A DNA stretch of 64,000 bases, from assembly GCA_938045955.1 (NCBI GenBank), contig CALIBK010000006.1:312-64311 (forward strand), written 5' to 3'. A program made the position numbers and the translations under genes. Under the pieces are notes generated by a model. The model made no database searches and had not been told where the DNA came from. It saw nothing but the letters and a program-made list of their open reading frames with translations. Positions 47,802 to 58,767 of this stretch are shown here, piece by piece (the stretch's first letter is position 1; the number at the start of each line of letters is the position of its first letter). The DNA comes from an uncultured bacterium. GTDB taxonomy: Bacteria; Desulfobacterota; BSN033; UBA1163.

Positions 47802-48245
47802 CTATAGACCAAGACTGGCGAGCGTATCTCTGATCTGATCAAATCCTTCTTCAACTTGTCGAACCACTTCAAGCCAGCGCTCCTTTGCAAAGATTTCAAT
47901 GAACCTCCCCTCACCGACCAGAACGACATCCTTCTTAAGATTGGCATAATCTCTCAAGGACTGGGGGATAAGAAGCCTTCCTAATTTATCGATGGTGCAG
48001 TCAATGGCACTTGAATAAAAATATCTTAAGAATGCACTGGTCTCTTTTCTTATGATTGAAAAAGAACCAATCTTCTGTTCTACCAGAAGATTCCATTCCT
48101 CGTAAGGAAAAGCGACCAGACACCCGTCAAAGTTCGTGATTACTAAGCGATCATCATATTTTTTGCTGAGGATTTCGCGGAATTTTGAAGGGATACTGAT
48201 ACGACCTTTTGAGTCTATGGTGTGTTCATATCGACCACGAAACAC
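47802..48245 (-). CDS. mraZ: Transcriptional regulator MraZ
   Basis: 147 aa with duplicated DXXXR-containing MraZ/SpoVT-AbrB halves. GTG start with SD GGGGGTGA. Confidence 0.9.
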   Translation of the reverse strand: MFRGRYEHTIDSKGRISIPSKFREILSKKYDDRLVITNFDGCLVAFPYEEWNLLVEQKIGSFSIIRKETSAFLRYFYSSAIDCTIDKLGRLLIPQSLRDYANLKKDVVLVGEGRFIEIFAKERWLEVVRQVEEGFDQIRDTLASLGL

Positions 48246-48267
48246 CTTTCACCCCCATTTGAGAACC

Positions 48268-48296
48268 ATACCACCTTTTCCCACATTTTCCCACTT
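48268..48296 (-). promoter_or_regulatory. Putative MraZ operator: three direct repeats GTGGGA-N4-GTGGGA-N4-GGTGGT at 10-bp periodicity in the mraZ leader
   Basis: Repeats read from the minus strand (aagTGGGaaaaTGTGGGaaaaGGTGGta). MraZ is known to bind tandem TGGGN repeats spaced one helical turn apart in its own promoter. Confidence 0.55.
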
Positions 48297-48304
48297 AGCC
48301 TTTA

Positions 48305-48333
48305 TGGATACACGGAAAATTTAAATTTGTCAA
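48305..48333 (-). promoter_or_regulatory. Candidate dcw (Pmra) promoter: consensus -35 TTGACA (48328-48333), 17-bp spacer, weak -10 TATCCA
   Basis: Hexamers read from the minus strand upstream of the MraZ repeats. Confidence 0.4.
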
Positions 48334-48596
48334 GTGAAATTTTATAGTTACTCCAATTTTTTTCGAATTCCGTTAAATCTACAATATATTTGAAAATCAG
48401 AGTTTATAATTACTATATTTAGTAAGTTTCTTCCACTTTTAAGGAAGAATTTTTTCAGAAGTAATCCATCCCTTATGAGGGGAGAATTGGCCTGATAAGG
48501 TTATGAGTGCGGTAATCTTAAATTGACCAAAAAGCTTTCAGGTTCAATCCGATTCGATGAGAAACCATTTTTTTACGGTGAATCCTTCCATATTCC

Positions 48597-48690
48597 ATTT
48601 TATCCTGAATCCCTTCGCGTTCTCAGGGTTTCGGAAATACCCCTTTCAGGCCAAAATGGCTCCTCTTTCTATAGATTGCAATCAGGGATT
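48597..48690 (+). repeat. Interspersed repeat family C, copy 2
   Basis: See 12318-12405. The same core CCTGAATCCCTTCGCGTTCTCAGGGTTTCGGAAATACCCCTTTCAGGCCAAAATGG plus a shared TTTCTATAGATTGCAAT tail. Confidence 0.7.
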
Positions 48691-48698
48691 TCTTTTCA

Positions 48699-50737
<2,039 letters not shown>

Positions 50738-50862
50738 AAAAAACCCTTTTAACCACTCCTGTTTAATAGAACTTCATTTTTTTCTTTTCTTCCTTTTGCA
50801 ATTTAATTATACTTCAGAGAAAACACCCTTGAAAAATCCATCCCTTGAATGGAGGAAGAGCT

Positions 50863-51516
50863 ATGGGAATATTTAGAAAAGGAAGAGAGCGGGATGTCAT
50901 CACCATGATCTTCAATCATCTTCAAAAGGTTCAGGAATGCCTGGAGCAGACCCAAAAGACGATGAACCATTATCTGGATGGCAAAATTGATGAGGCAAAA
51001 GCCGAGGCTCTCAAAACAGACCATCTCGAAACAGAGGCAGACCATATTCGGCGCTCCATTGTAGATATTCTTTTTCGGGGAGCCTTTCTTCCTATCTTTC
51101 GGGTAGAGATTCATAACTTTGTTGAAAAGGTAGATCAAATTGCAGACAATGCTGAGATCTGTTGTGATTTTCTCCTCGGCCAGCGGCCTTACGTTCCTGA
51201 GGAATTCAAAAAAAGATTTCTTAAAATCATGGAAGACACTCTTCCCATGTTTCATTGCCTTCGAGAGGCCACGGAAAATTTCTTCGGAAAAGGGGATCAC
51301 GAGTTGATTCGAAAGAGGGTTACGGAGATTGGGATTTCAGAATCCTCGATCGATGATGAGGAATGGAAACTCACCCGGGACATCTATACCTCTAATCTCT
51401 CCCTCGCCGAAAAGATCCATCTGAAACGATGCCTCGATACGATAACCAGTATGTCCGACCAAATCGAAGATACCTCGGACTGGTTAGAAGTCCTTTTGAT
51501 CAGCAGTAAAGTCTGA
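50863..51516 (+). CDS. DUF47 / PhoU-like phosphate transport regulator partner of PiT
   Basis: Helical TIGR00153-like protein directly upstream of the PiT gene. Start chosen at the ATG with SD GGAGGAAG; the ORF track starts 18 nt earlier. Confidence 0.7.
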   Translation: MGIFRKGRERDVITMIFNHLQKVQECLEQTQKTMNHYLDGKIDEAKAEALKTDHLETEADHIRRSIVDILFRGAFLPIFRVEIHNFVEKVDQIADNAEICCDFLLGQRPYVPEEFKKRFLKIMEDTLPMFHCLREATENFFGKGDHELIRKRVTEIGISESSIDDEEWKLTRDIYTSNLSLAEKIHLKRCLDTITSMSDQIEDTSDWLEVLLISSKV

Positions 51517-51550
51517 TCGGTCAGTTTATCTCTATCTGGGAGAACCATCG

Positions 51551-52477
51551 ATGTGGGAACTTTCGGCTGGAATCTTTATGGGTTGGAGTCTTGGAAGTAA
51601 CGATGCGGCAAACTTCTTCGGAACAGGGGTAGGTGCGAAAATCATCACCTATCGGAAAGCCACCCTTCTGATCGCGCTCTTCGTTGTGATAGGAGCCTTA
51701 TTAGAAGGAGAGAAGTGTTTCGCCACGGTGGGCGAAATCTCCAAACTCGATCTTAAAATGGCCTTCTTCACCACCCTCTCTGCCGCATCGATGGTCACCC
51801 TGTTTACTTATTTTGGGCTTCCTACCTCTACATCCCAGGCCATTGTTGGAGCGATCCTGGGTGGAGGACTTTATCTGGGAAAAGCGGATTTCACTAAACT
51901 TTATAAAATTCTTCTCTGTTGGATCTTGACTCCTGTTGGAGCATTGATCATCAGTTTTCTCCTTTACCATATATTAGGAAGGGCGGTCAACCGATACCTG
52001 AAACGCCCTCTCCTTCGAGATGCCATGATTAAAGGGGGACTGGTGATCTCTGGATGTTTTGGGGCTTATGCCCTTGGGTCAAATAATGTGGCCAATGTCA
52101 CTGGAGTTTATGTGACGACAGGGGCGCTCTCTCCTTTTTACGGGGCGTTGATAGGAAGTTTGAGTATCGCTTTGGGAGTCCTCACTTATAGCGGAAAGGT
52201 GATGGAAACCGTGGGAAGAAAGATTGTAGCCTTAGATCCCTATTCTGCTTTCATTGCTGGAGTGGGTTCAGCCCTTATCGTGTGGATCTTCACTCAGGTA
52301 GGCGTTCCAGTCTCTTCCTCCCAGGCGGTCGTTGGAGCCGTTACAGGGGTAGGACTCGTAAAAGGAATCCGCGCGGTGAGCCTCAAGAGTCTTGTTGAAA
52401 TTGTAGTGGGATGGGTATCAACCCCTCTAACCGGAGGAATCGTCTGTTATATTTTACTCGTCTTATTCTATCGCTAA
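51551..52477 (+). CDS. pit: Inorganic phosphate transporter, PiT family
   Basis: Duplicated PiT signature GSNDAAN / GSNNVAN with about 10 TM segments. Confidence 0.85.
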   Translation: MWELSAGIFMGWSLGSNDAANFFGTGVGAKIITYRKATLLIALFVVIGALLEGEKCFATVGEISKLDLKMAFFTTLSAASMVTLFTYFGLPTSTSQAIVGAILGGGLYLGKADFTKLYKILLCWILTPVGALIISFLLYHILGRAVNRYLKRPLLRDAMIKGGLVISGCFGAYALGSNNVANVTGVYVTTGALSPFYGALIGSLSIALGVLTYSGKVMETVGRKIVALDPYSAFIAGVGSALIVWIFTQVGVPVSSSQAVVGAVTGVGLVKGIRAVSLKSLVEIVVGWVSTPLTGGIVCYILLVLFYR

Positions 52478-52499
52478 TCTCAAAGAGAGGTGGTCTCAA

Positions 52500-53432
52500 A
52501 TGAAAAGAGTGGTGATCGATTGTGATGTGGGAGTGGATGACGCAATGGCTTTAATCCTTGCCTATGGTTCACAGGAACTGGAAATAAAGGCAATCACGGG
52601 AGTCAACGGAAATGTCCCCCTAAACCAGGTTTTCGAAAATATCCAGAAGATCCTCTCTCTGATTCGTCCCTTCTATCCTCCTCTGATCGCAAAAGGAGCG
52701 GATAAACCCTTAACAGGAGAAACCCTTTATGCCCATTCCGTTCACGGGATAGATGGATTGGGAGGGGCTGATATTCCAATTAATGAAACAGAGAGATTCT
52801 GGGAAACTTCTCCCTTGAAAGCATCTGAACTTCTTCCAACGATGGCCCGTCAATTCCCCAAAGAACTTATGCTCATTGCAACAGGTCCTCTGACCAATCT
52901 AGCCTTGGGGATTCAAAGAGATTTTGAAGGGATGAAAAATTTTAAAGAGATCATCATTATGGGGGGAGCCATTCGAACGAGGGGAAATACGACACCCTAT
53001 GCTGAATTCAATATTTATTCCGATCCCTTGGCCGCCCGGATCGTTTTGGAAAGCGGGATTCCCATCACTCTGGTTCCCCTCGATGTCACCCATCAGGTCT
53101 TTCTTACTTCCGATCTCATGGAACAAAAAATTAAACCCCTTCAAAATCTCCTTTCTAATTTTATTATTCAGGCTACAGGCTATGAGTCTTTATCCCGAAA
53201 ATTTAGAAATCGAGAGACCATCTTCCTCCACGATCCTCTGGCGGTTGGAGTAGCGATCGATCCTACCTTAGTTAGGACAGAAAACCTCTCGCTGGAAGTA
53301 GAGCTTCAGAGGGGAGAATATTATGGGAGGATAAAAGAAAGAGCTGCTGATGCAAAAATCAATGTTTGCCTTGAAGTAGACAGAAAGAGGTTCTTAGAAC
53401 TTTTTATCTCAAGCCTGAGGAAAAGGACATGA
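52500..53432 (+). CDS. Inosine-uridine-preferring nucleoside hydrolase family protein
   Basis: N-terminal Ca-binding DXDXXXDD motif (IDCDVGVDDAMAL) and IU-NH fold length. Confidence 0.85.
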   Translation: MKRVVIDCDVGVDDAMALILAYGSQELEIKAITGVNGNVPLNQVFENIQKILSLIRPFYPPLIAKGADKPLTGETLYAHSVHGIDGLGGADIPINETERFWETSPLKASELLPTMARQFPKELMLIATGPLTNLALGIQRDFEGMKNFKEIIIMGGAIRTRGNTTPYAEFNIYSDPLAARIVLESGIPITLVPLDVTHQVFLTSDLMEQKIKPLQNLLSNFIIQATGYESLSRKFRNRETIFLHDPLAVGVAIDPTLVRTENLSLEVELQRGEYYGRIKERAADAKINVCLEVDRKRFLELFISSLRKRT

Positions 53433-53436
53433 GATT

Positions 53437-54357
53437 ATGGGCCATCGGATTCTTGTGCTTGGGAGTTCGAATATTGATCTGATTATGAGTCTTCCCCGGT
53501 TTCACCATCCCGGGGAGACAGTTCAAGCTCACCATTTCCATACGGCGTTCGGAGGGAAAGGGGCAAATCAGGCAGTTGCCGTAAAAAGATTGGGGGGCGA
53601 GGTGATCTTTATAACGAAATTGGGAAACGATTTTTATGGAAAATCTTACCACCGTTATCTCGCCAAACAGGGAATTCCTCAACAATTCTTTCTGGTAGAT
53701 AAAAAAACATCCACTGGGATGGCCTTTATTGAGCTGGATCCGAAGGGAGAAAATCGAATTGCGGTCTTTGGGGGAGCAAATCATCATCTCTTTGTGAATG
53801 ATTTAAAGAGGCTCTCCCCTTTATGGAAGAAAGCCAGACTGTTTGTCTCACAGCTGGAAATTCCAATGAAAACAGTAAAGTGGGGCTTAATAATGGCAAA
53901 AAGATATGGAGCTTTAACGATTCTTAATCCCTCCCCTCCCTTTCCCCTTTCTCCTGAATGTCTCACTTTAGTGGATTATCTGGTGCCCAACGAATTAGAA
54001 GCCCAGATTCTTTCCGGAATAACGTTTCGAAAGGAGAATGACCTTCCAAAGATTGCTAAAAGATTTCTCTCCATGGGTACAAAAAATGTGATTATTACCC
54101 TGGGATCCCAAGGTCTCTTTTTTAAAAATCGTGATGAAGAACTCAGAATGGAAGCATTTAAGGTGAAAGTAGTGGATACGACCGCTGCAGGAGATGCCTT
54201 TATGGGAGGTCTTGTCTATGGCCTTTCAGAAGAGAAATCGATTGCTGAAGCACTGCGAATAGCCAATGCAGCAGGAGCTCTTGCAACAACCCGATTGGGC
54301 GCTCAACCCTCCCTTCCCTCCAAAAGAGAACTTTTTTGCTTTTTACGCCATCATTGA
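53437..54357 (+). CDS. rbsK: Ribokinase / PfkB-family sugar kinase
   Basis: GG dipeptide lid (AFGGKGANQA), anion hole DTTAAGDAF, ribokinase-like length. Confidence 0.8.
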   Translation: MGHRILVLGSSNIDLIMSLPRFHHPGETVQAHHFHTAFGGKGANQAVAVKRLGGEVIFITKLGNDFYGKSYHRYLAKQGIPQQFFLVDKKTSTGMAFIELDPKGENRIAVFGGANHHLFVNDLKRLSPLWKKARLFVSQLEIPMKTVKWGLIMAKRYGALTILNPSPPFPLSPECLTLVDYLVPNELEAQILSGITFRKENDLPKIAKRFLSMGTKNVIITLGSQGLFFKNRDEELRMEAFKVKVVDTTAAGDAFMGGLVYGLSEEKSIAEALRIANAAGALATTRLGAQPSLPSKRELFCFLRHH

Positions 54358-54444
54358 TTAATATAATTTTTCAAGAGGAGGAGAGGTTTACTTAAAAAAA
54401 GAGGAATTCTTCTCACATTTTCTGGGGGATTGAAAGGAAGTCAA

Positions 54445-55716
54445 ATGAAAACCTATCCGATTCCCTGCGGGAAAAAAGACCTTTTCCTATCCCTTCCTGA
54501 TCATGTTGCGGTTCAATATGTGGAATCCCCTAAAATGGTGTCTATTTCGAATGTGAAAGAAGCAATTGAACAGGCTTTACAGAATCCTATCGGATCTTCT
54601 CGATTAAGGGATCGCGTAAAGGCCGGACAAAAAGTGGCCTTGATTGTGACCGACATTACGAGGAAACTTCCCGAGGAGGTGATCCTTCCCCTCTTGATTA
54701 AAGAACTTGAGGCAGGTGGAGTCAAAAAGAAAGATATCACCGCTATTGTAGCCACAGGAACCCATCGACCCAATACTTTTGAGGAGCTAAAAGAAAAATT
54801 TGGCGAGGTCGTTAACGAAATTCCCTTTATCAATCATGATGCCTATAATCAAAAAGAATTGATTCGTTTGGGAATGACGGAAGGAGGAATCCCCCTGATT
54901 TTCAATCGGAGGGTCGTGGAGGCAGATATTCGGATCTCAACGGGAGTCATTGAGACTCACCTCTTTGCTGGATACAGTGGAGGGGTAAAAAGCATTGCCG
55001 TGGGGATAGCAGGGGAGGAGACGATCGCAGCAACCCATAACTACTCCATGATGGAGGAAACCCGATTGGGAGTGGTGGAGGGGAATCGTTTCAGGAGATT
55101 TCTTACAGAGGCGACATGTGCTCTGGGGCTTCACTTCATTATCAATGTCGTTCAAACGGGGAAAAAAGAGATTGTAAAAGTGGTGGCGGGAGATCCTATC
55201 GAGGCTTTTCAGGAGGGGGTGAAGGTAGCCCGAAAACTCTATGAAGTGGAGATTCAAGAACCAGGAGAAATTGTGGTAAGCGGAGTCAGTTATCCTAAGA
55301 GTCGGGATCTCTATCAGGCGACCCGGGCAGCGAATGTTGTCGTGTTTGGGCCGAAACCCGTGGTCACGGAGGGAGGGGTAATTCTCATTCCTGCACCCTG
55401 TGAGGATGGTTGTGGGCATCCTGGCTACTGCGAGATCATGAAGAAGGCCCAGGATGCAGATGATATCATCCGCATCTCTCGAGAGGAGGGGTTTGCCCCG
55501 GGAGAACAGAAGGCCTTTATCCTGGCTCGAATTCTTAAGCGTGCAAGAATAGTGATGACGGATTGTCTTCTCCCTGAAGAAACATTAAAAGAATTGTATC
55601 TCGATTCTGCTCCCACCCTTCAAGAAGCCTTAAATCGTGAATTAGAGAAGAATCCAGGAGCAAGGGTCATTCTAATTCCGGATGGGCTATTGACCCTGCC
55701 CATTCTTAAAAATTAG
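54445..55716 (+). CDS. larA: LarA-family nickel-pincer-nucleotide-dependent 2-hydroxyacid racemase/epimerase homologue (DUF2088)
   Basis: About 424 aa with the LarA N-terminal domain, including conserved His/Lys positions (TGTHRP, HLFAGYSGG). Start at the ATG with SD GAAAGGAAG. Confidence 0.7.
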   Translation: MKTYPIPCGKKDLFLSLPDHVAVQYVESPKMVSISNVKEAIEQALQNPIGSSRLRDRVKAGQKVALIVTDITRKLPEEVILPLLIKELEAGGVKKKDITAIVATGTHRPNTFEELKEKFGEVVNEIPFINHDAYNQKELIRLGMTEGGIPLIFNRRVVEADIRISTGVIETHLFAGYSGGVKSIAVGIAGEETIAATHNYSMMEETRLGVVEGNRFRRFLTEATCALGLHFIINVVQTGKKEIVKVVAGDPIEAFQEGVKVARKLYEVEIQEPGEIVVSGVSYPKSRDLYQATRAANVVVFGPKPVVTEGGVILIPAPCEDGCGHPGYCEIMKKAQDADDIIRISREEGFAPGEQKAFILARILKRARIVMTDCLLPEETLKELYLDSAPTLQEALNRELEKNPGARVILIPDGLLTLPILKN

Positions 55717-55732
55717 GGTTCATTTGGAGGTC

Positions 55733-56641
55733 ATGATGAACTTTCAACCCAGAGGTATTATTCCGGCCATGGTGACTCCGGTCACGAAAGAGGGAAAGAT
55801 TAACGAGATGGCCCTCAGAAAGCTCACCCGATATCTCATTGAAGGAGGGGTTCACGGCCTTTTCCCTGTGGGCAGTCAGGGAGAATTTTACGCGCTTACT
55901 TTTGAAGAAAAGAAAAAGATCGTGGAGATCGTCATCGATGAGACCAACGGTCGGGTACCGGTCTATGTGGGAACAGGGGCTGTGACGACTCGAGAAGCCA
56001 TTGCCCTGACTCAAATGGCTGAATCGGCTGGAGCCAGTGCAGTGTCTGTCATTACCCCGTATTTTATCCGACCGAATGATGAGGAATTAATGGAATATTA
56101 CACCTCGATTGCAAATTCAACTCGCCTTCCTGTCCTTCTCTATAATAATCCCCCTCGAACAGGAGTCAATCTCTCTGCTGACTTTGTGGTTCGTGCCTCC
56201 CGGATAGAAAATATTGTAGGGATTAAAGATTCTTCCGGTGATCTTACCCTTACGGCTGAATATATTCGAAGAACGGGAGAAAAGTTTTCTGTCCTTGCGG
56301 GACGAGATACTCTGATCTATGGAACCCTTTGCTATGGTGGAAAAGGGGCCATTGCCGCGACAGCCAATGTAGCTCCCAAATTGATTGTCGAGATTTACGA
56401 AGCCTTTATGGCAGGAGATCATCAGAAGGCTCTCTCAGCCCAATTTCGATTGGCTCCTCTTCGATTGGCCTTCGATCTGGGAACATTCCCTGTGGTGATC
56501 AAAGAGGCTCTAAATCTTATCGGAATAGAAGCAGGGATTGGAATTCCACCTGTGGGAGGAATTAGCCTGAAAGCTAAAGAAGAACTAAAAGAAATTTTGA
56601 AAAATTTGGGACTTTTAAAGAAAAATAAGTATGGTGAGTGA
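55733..56641 (+). CDS. DapA/NAL-family class I aldolase (dihydrodipicolinate synthase family; candidate 2-keto-3-deoxy-acid aldolase)
   Basis: TIM-barrel Schiff-base lysine region GIKDSSGD, GSQGEF motif, Tyr motifs. SD GGAGG. Confidence 0.75.
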   Translation: MMNFQPRGIIPAMVTPVTKEGKINEMALRKLTRYLIEGGVHGLFPVGSQGEFYALTFEEKKKIVEIVIDETNGRVPVYVGTGAVTTREAIALTQMAESAGASAVSVITPYFIRPNDEELMEYYTSIANSTRLPVLLYNNPPRTGVNLSADFVVRASRIENIVGIKDSSGDLTLTAEYIRRTGEKFSVLAGRDTLIYGTLCYGGKGAIAATANVAPKLIVEIYEAFMAGDHQKALSAQFRLAPLRLAFDLGTFPVVIKEALNLIGIEAGIGIPPVGGISLKAKEELKEILKNLGLLKKNKYGE

Positions 56642-56684
56642 TTCAATTTTGCTGTGAAATGGATTAACCACTTATAATTGTCAT

Positions 56685-57644
56685 TCATTGCTTAGGTTGA
56701 TTCACTGGATGAAGGGGTAATTTCCCTTCCAAAACACGAATCACATCCTCGGCCACCAAACTCATTCTTCTCAAGGCTTCTTCTGTATGGGCTGCCATAT
56801 GAGGAGTCCCGATAAAGTTATCCAATTCGAATAGAGGATTATCCTTCGGAGTCGGTTCGATCTCAAACACATCTGCCCCTGCCCCTGCAATCATTCCTTC
56901 TTTTAAGACTTTATATAAGGCTTTCTCATCCCAGATCGGGCCTCTCGCCAGATTAATAATATAAGCCGTAGGCTTCATTTTCATAAATTCTTCTTCTTTA
57001 ATGAGGTGCCTGGTTTCGGGAAGCATAGGGAGATTGATGGAGATAAAGTCAGACCTTCTCAAGAGCTCCTCCAGTCCCACTTTTTCTGCATGAATCTCTG
57101 CTTCCATCTCCTCGTATCGAATGGTATCGTAGTACAGGACTTTCATATCAAACCCTTTATAACCGGTTCGTCCAATAGCTTTTCCAATCCGGCCAAACCC
57201 TAAGATCCCTAATGTCTTTCCGTGAAGTTCATTCCCGATATATTCATACCTTGCCTGCCATCGCCCTTCCCGCAAGGCGATGTCCGCTTTTTTCAATTTT
57301 TTTGATAACATCAGGGTGAGTCCAAAGAAATGTTCTGCCACCGAAAGATCATTCGCCTCGGGGGTATTGACGACCCATATCCCCTTCTCTGTAGCTGCCT
57401 CGAGATCAATATTTTCTACCCCTACCCCATGTCTTCCGATGACTTTCAGTTTCGGCGCATGGTCGATGATCCTCCGAGTCACTTTTCCATTCGCTCGGAT
57501 AATAATCGCATCCACGCTTTTCACCTCATTGATCAATGAATCCTCTTCAATTGAGCTGGCGAAAACGATCTCCCCCTTCTCTCTCAGAAGGGACTTCCCT
57601 TCTTCATGAATCTCCTCATAGAGTAAAAATCTAAATTTTTTCAT
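56685..57644 (-). CDS. D-isomer-specific 2-hydroxyacid dehydrogenase (glycerate / hydroxypyruvate / phosphoglycerate dehydrogenase type)
   Basis: NAD Rossmann motif GILGFGRIGKAIG. Catalytic Arg/Glu/His triad region. Confidence 0.85.
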   Translation of the reverse strand: MKKFRFLLYEEIHEEGKSLLREKGEIVFASSIEEDSLINEVKSVDAIIIRANGKVTRRIIDHAPKLKVIGRHGVGVENIDLEAATEKGIWVVNTPEANDLSVAEHFFGLTLMLSKKLKKADIALREGRWQARYEYIGNELHGKTLGILGFGRIGKAIGRTGYKGFDMKVLYYDTIRYEEMEAEIHAEKVGLEELLRRSDFISINLPMLPETRHLIKEEEFMKMKPTAYIINLARGPIWDEKALYKVLKEGMIAGAGADVFEIEPTPKDNPLFELDNFIGTPHMAAHTEEALRRMSLVAEDVIRVLEGKLPLHPVNQPKQ

Positions 57645-57708
57645 ATTCCTCTCCTAAAAATATTTTTTTCTTTCTAACTTATATAGAATCCATTATTCTT
57701 GGCTGGGA

Positions 57709-57805
57709 AACAGGCCTGAATCCATCCGCGTTCTAAGGGTTTAGAAATACCCCCTTAGGCCAAAATGAATCCACTCCTTCAGGAGGATTTCTATAATTAC
57801 AATTT
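57709..57805 (+). repeat. Interspersed repeat family C, copy 3
   Basis: See 12318-12405. Ends in TTTCTATAATTACAAT, containing a TATAAT hexamer. Confidence 0.7.
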
Positions 57806-58038
57806 TTGTATATATTTTACTAAATCTTTTTTCAATTATTCTCAACATAACTTATCCACATAAGATCTTCATTAAGTCCTCTAAGATAGGGGGTTGATGA
57901 TATGTGGAAGATTTGCCTCTTTTTTGAGGTGTTCAAATGACTTAAGCTTTTTAAGAGTCGGATTGGCATGTTTTCGTTGGTATCCACGGTCGATACAGAA
58001 TTCATTGAGGATGAAGGTTTTATCTTTTCGTATCTGGG

Positions 58039-58160
58039 GAAATGAATGCTTATTTTTCATTCCCTCGCAGTCGGGAATCCAGTCTTTTCAAAATGTTTCT
58101 GGATTCCTGCTTCCGCAGGAATGACGGCAACTATAACTTTTTTAATTTCGTTTGTATTAA
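58039..58160 (+). repeat. Interspersed repeat family A, copy 2
   Basis: About 88% identical to 12427-12550 with the same two hairpins. Its 3' end TTGTAT serves as the -35 for the downstream gene. Confidence 0.8.
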
Positions 58161-58181
58161 TTCCCTGGCAGGTGCTATAAT
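58152..58181 (+). promoter_or_regulatory. Promoter of the nucleotidyltransferase gene: TTGTAT-N18-TATAAT, with an extended TGcTATAAT. About 6-nt leader (near-leaderless mRNA).
   Basis: Hexamers and spacing read directly. The -35 comes from the repeat terminus. Confidence 0.5.
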
Positions 58182-58194
58182 TTTTAAGACCAAA

Positions 58195-58767
58195 ATGAAT
58201 TCTCAAAGGATATTCGAAACTATAAAAAAAACGGAGTCTCCTCTCAAAAGGCAGCTTCTCATGGTGGGGTTAATCACTAAACTTCTCGAAGAGAAGGGAA
58301 AGAAAGCTCCCATCATTATTGGCGGATGTGCTTTATCTTATTATTCAAGAGAAGTTTACTTTACTTCAGATATAGATTTGGCTTATTCGGATAGAGAGGC
58401 ACTCGATGAAATTATGAGAGAAATCGGTTTCCAAAAGAGGGGTCGATATTGGATCCAGGAAGAATTGAAAATGGCTGTCGAGGCGCCAGCTTCTCAACTG
58501 GGTGAGGAACAGGCTCCTGTAGAGATTGTCGAAGTTGGGGAAGGGCTTCAATGTATCCTCATTGGGATAGAAGATCTCATCATCGATCGTATGAATGCCT
58601 GTAAGCATTGGAAGTCAGAGATCGATTGTGAAATGGTAGAACTCCTGCTAAACCATTATTATAATGAAATTGATTGGCCCTATCTTGAAGGGAAAGCACT
58701 CAAACCAGAAAATGATATTTTCCAGGAACTTCGAGAAATAAAGAATAAGATTCAGGAGAGAAGATGA
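58195..58767 (+). CDS. Pol-beta-superfamily nucleotidyltransferase (AbiEii / DUF1814-like minimal NTase core plus a helical C-terminal domain)
   Basis: hGG-x13-DhD motif IIIGGCALSYYSREVYFTSDIDLAY. Start moved to MNSQRIF because the first 51 codons of ORF 58042 are repeat-encoded (FSFPRSRESS...FRRNDG). Confidence 0.6.
   Translation: MNSQRIFETIKKTESPLKRQLLMVGLITKLLEEKGKKAPIIIGGCALSYYSREVYFTSDIDLAYSDREALDEIMREIGFQKRGRYWIQEELKMAVEAPASQLGEEQAPVEIVEVGEGLQCILIGIEDLIIDRMNACKHWKSEIDCEMVELLLNHYYNEIDWPYLEGKALKPENDIFQELREIKNKIQERR

Noticed and set aside
58042-58194. N-terminal 51 codons of ORF 58042-58767 (FSFPRSRESSLFKMFLDSCFRRNDG...)
   Set aside because: This stretch is encoded by repeat copy B. The real nucleotidyltransferase start is the ATG at 58195, immediately after a TATAAT promoter.
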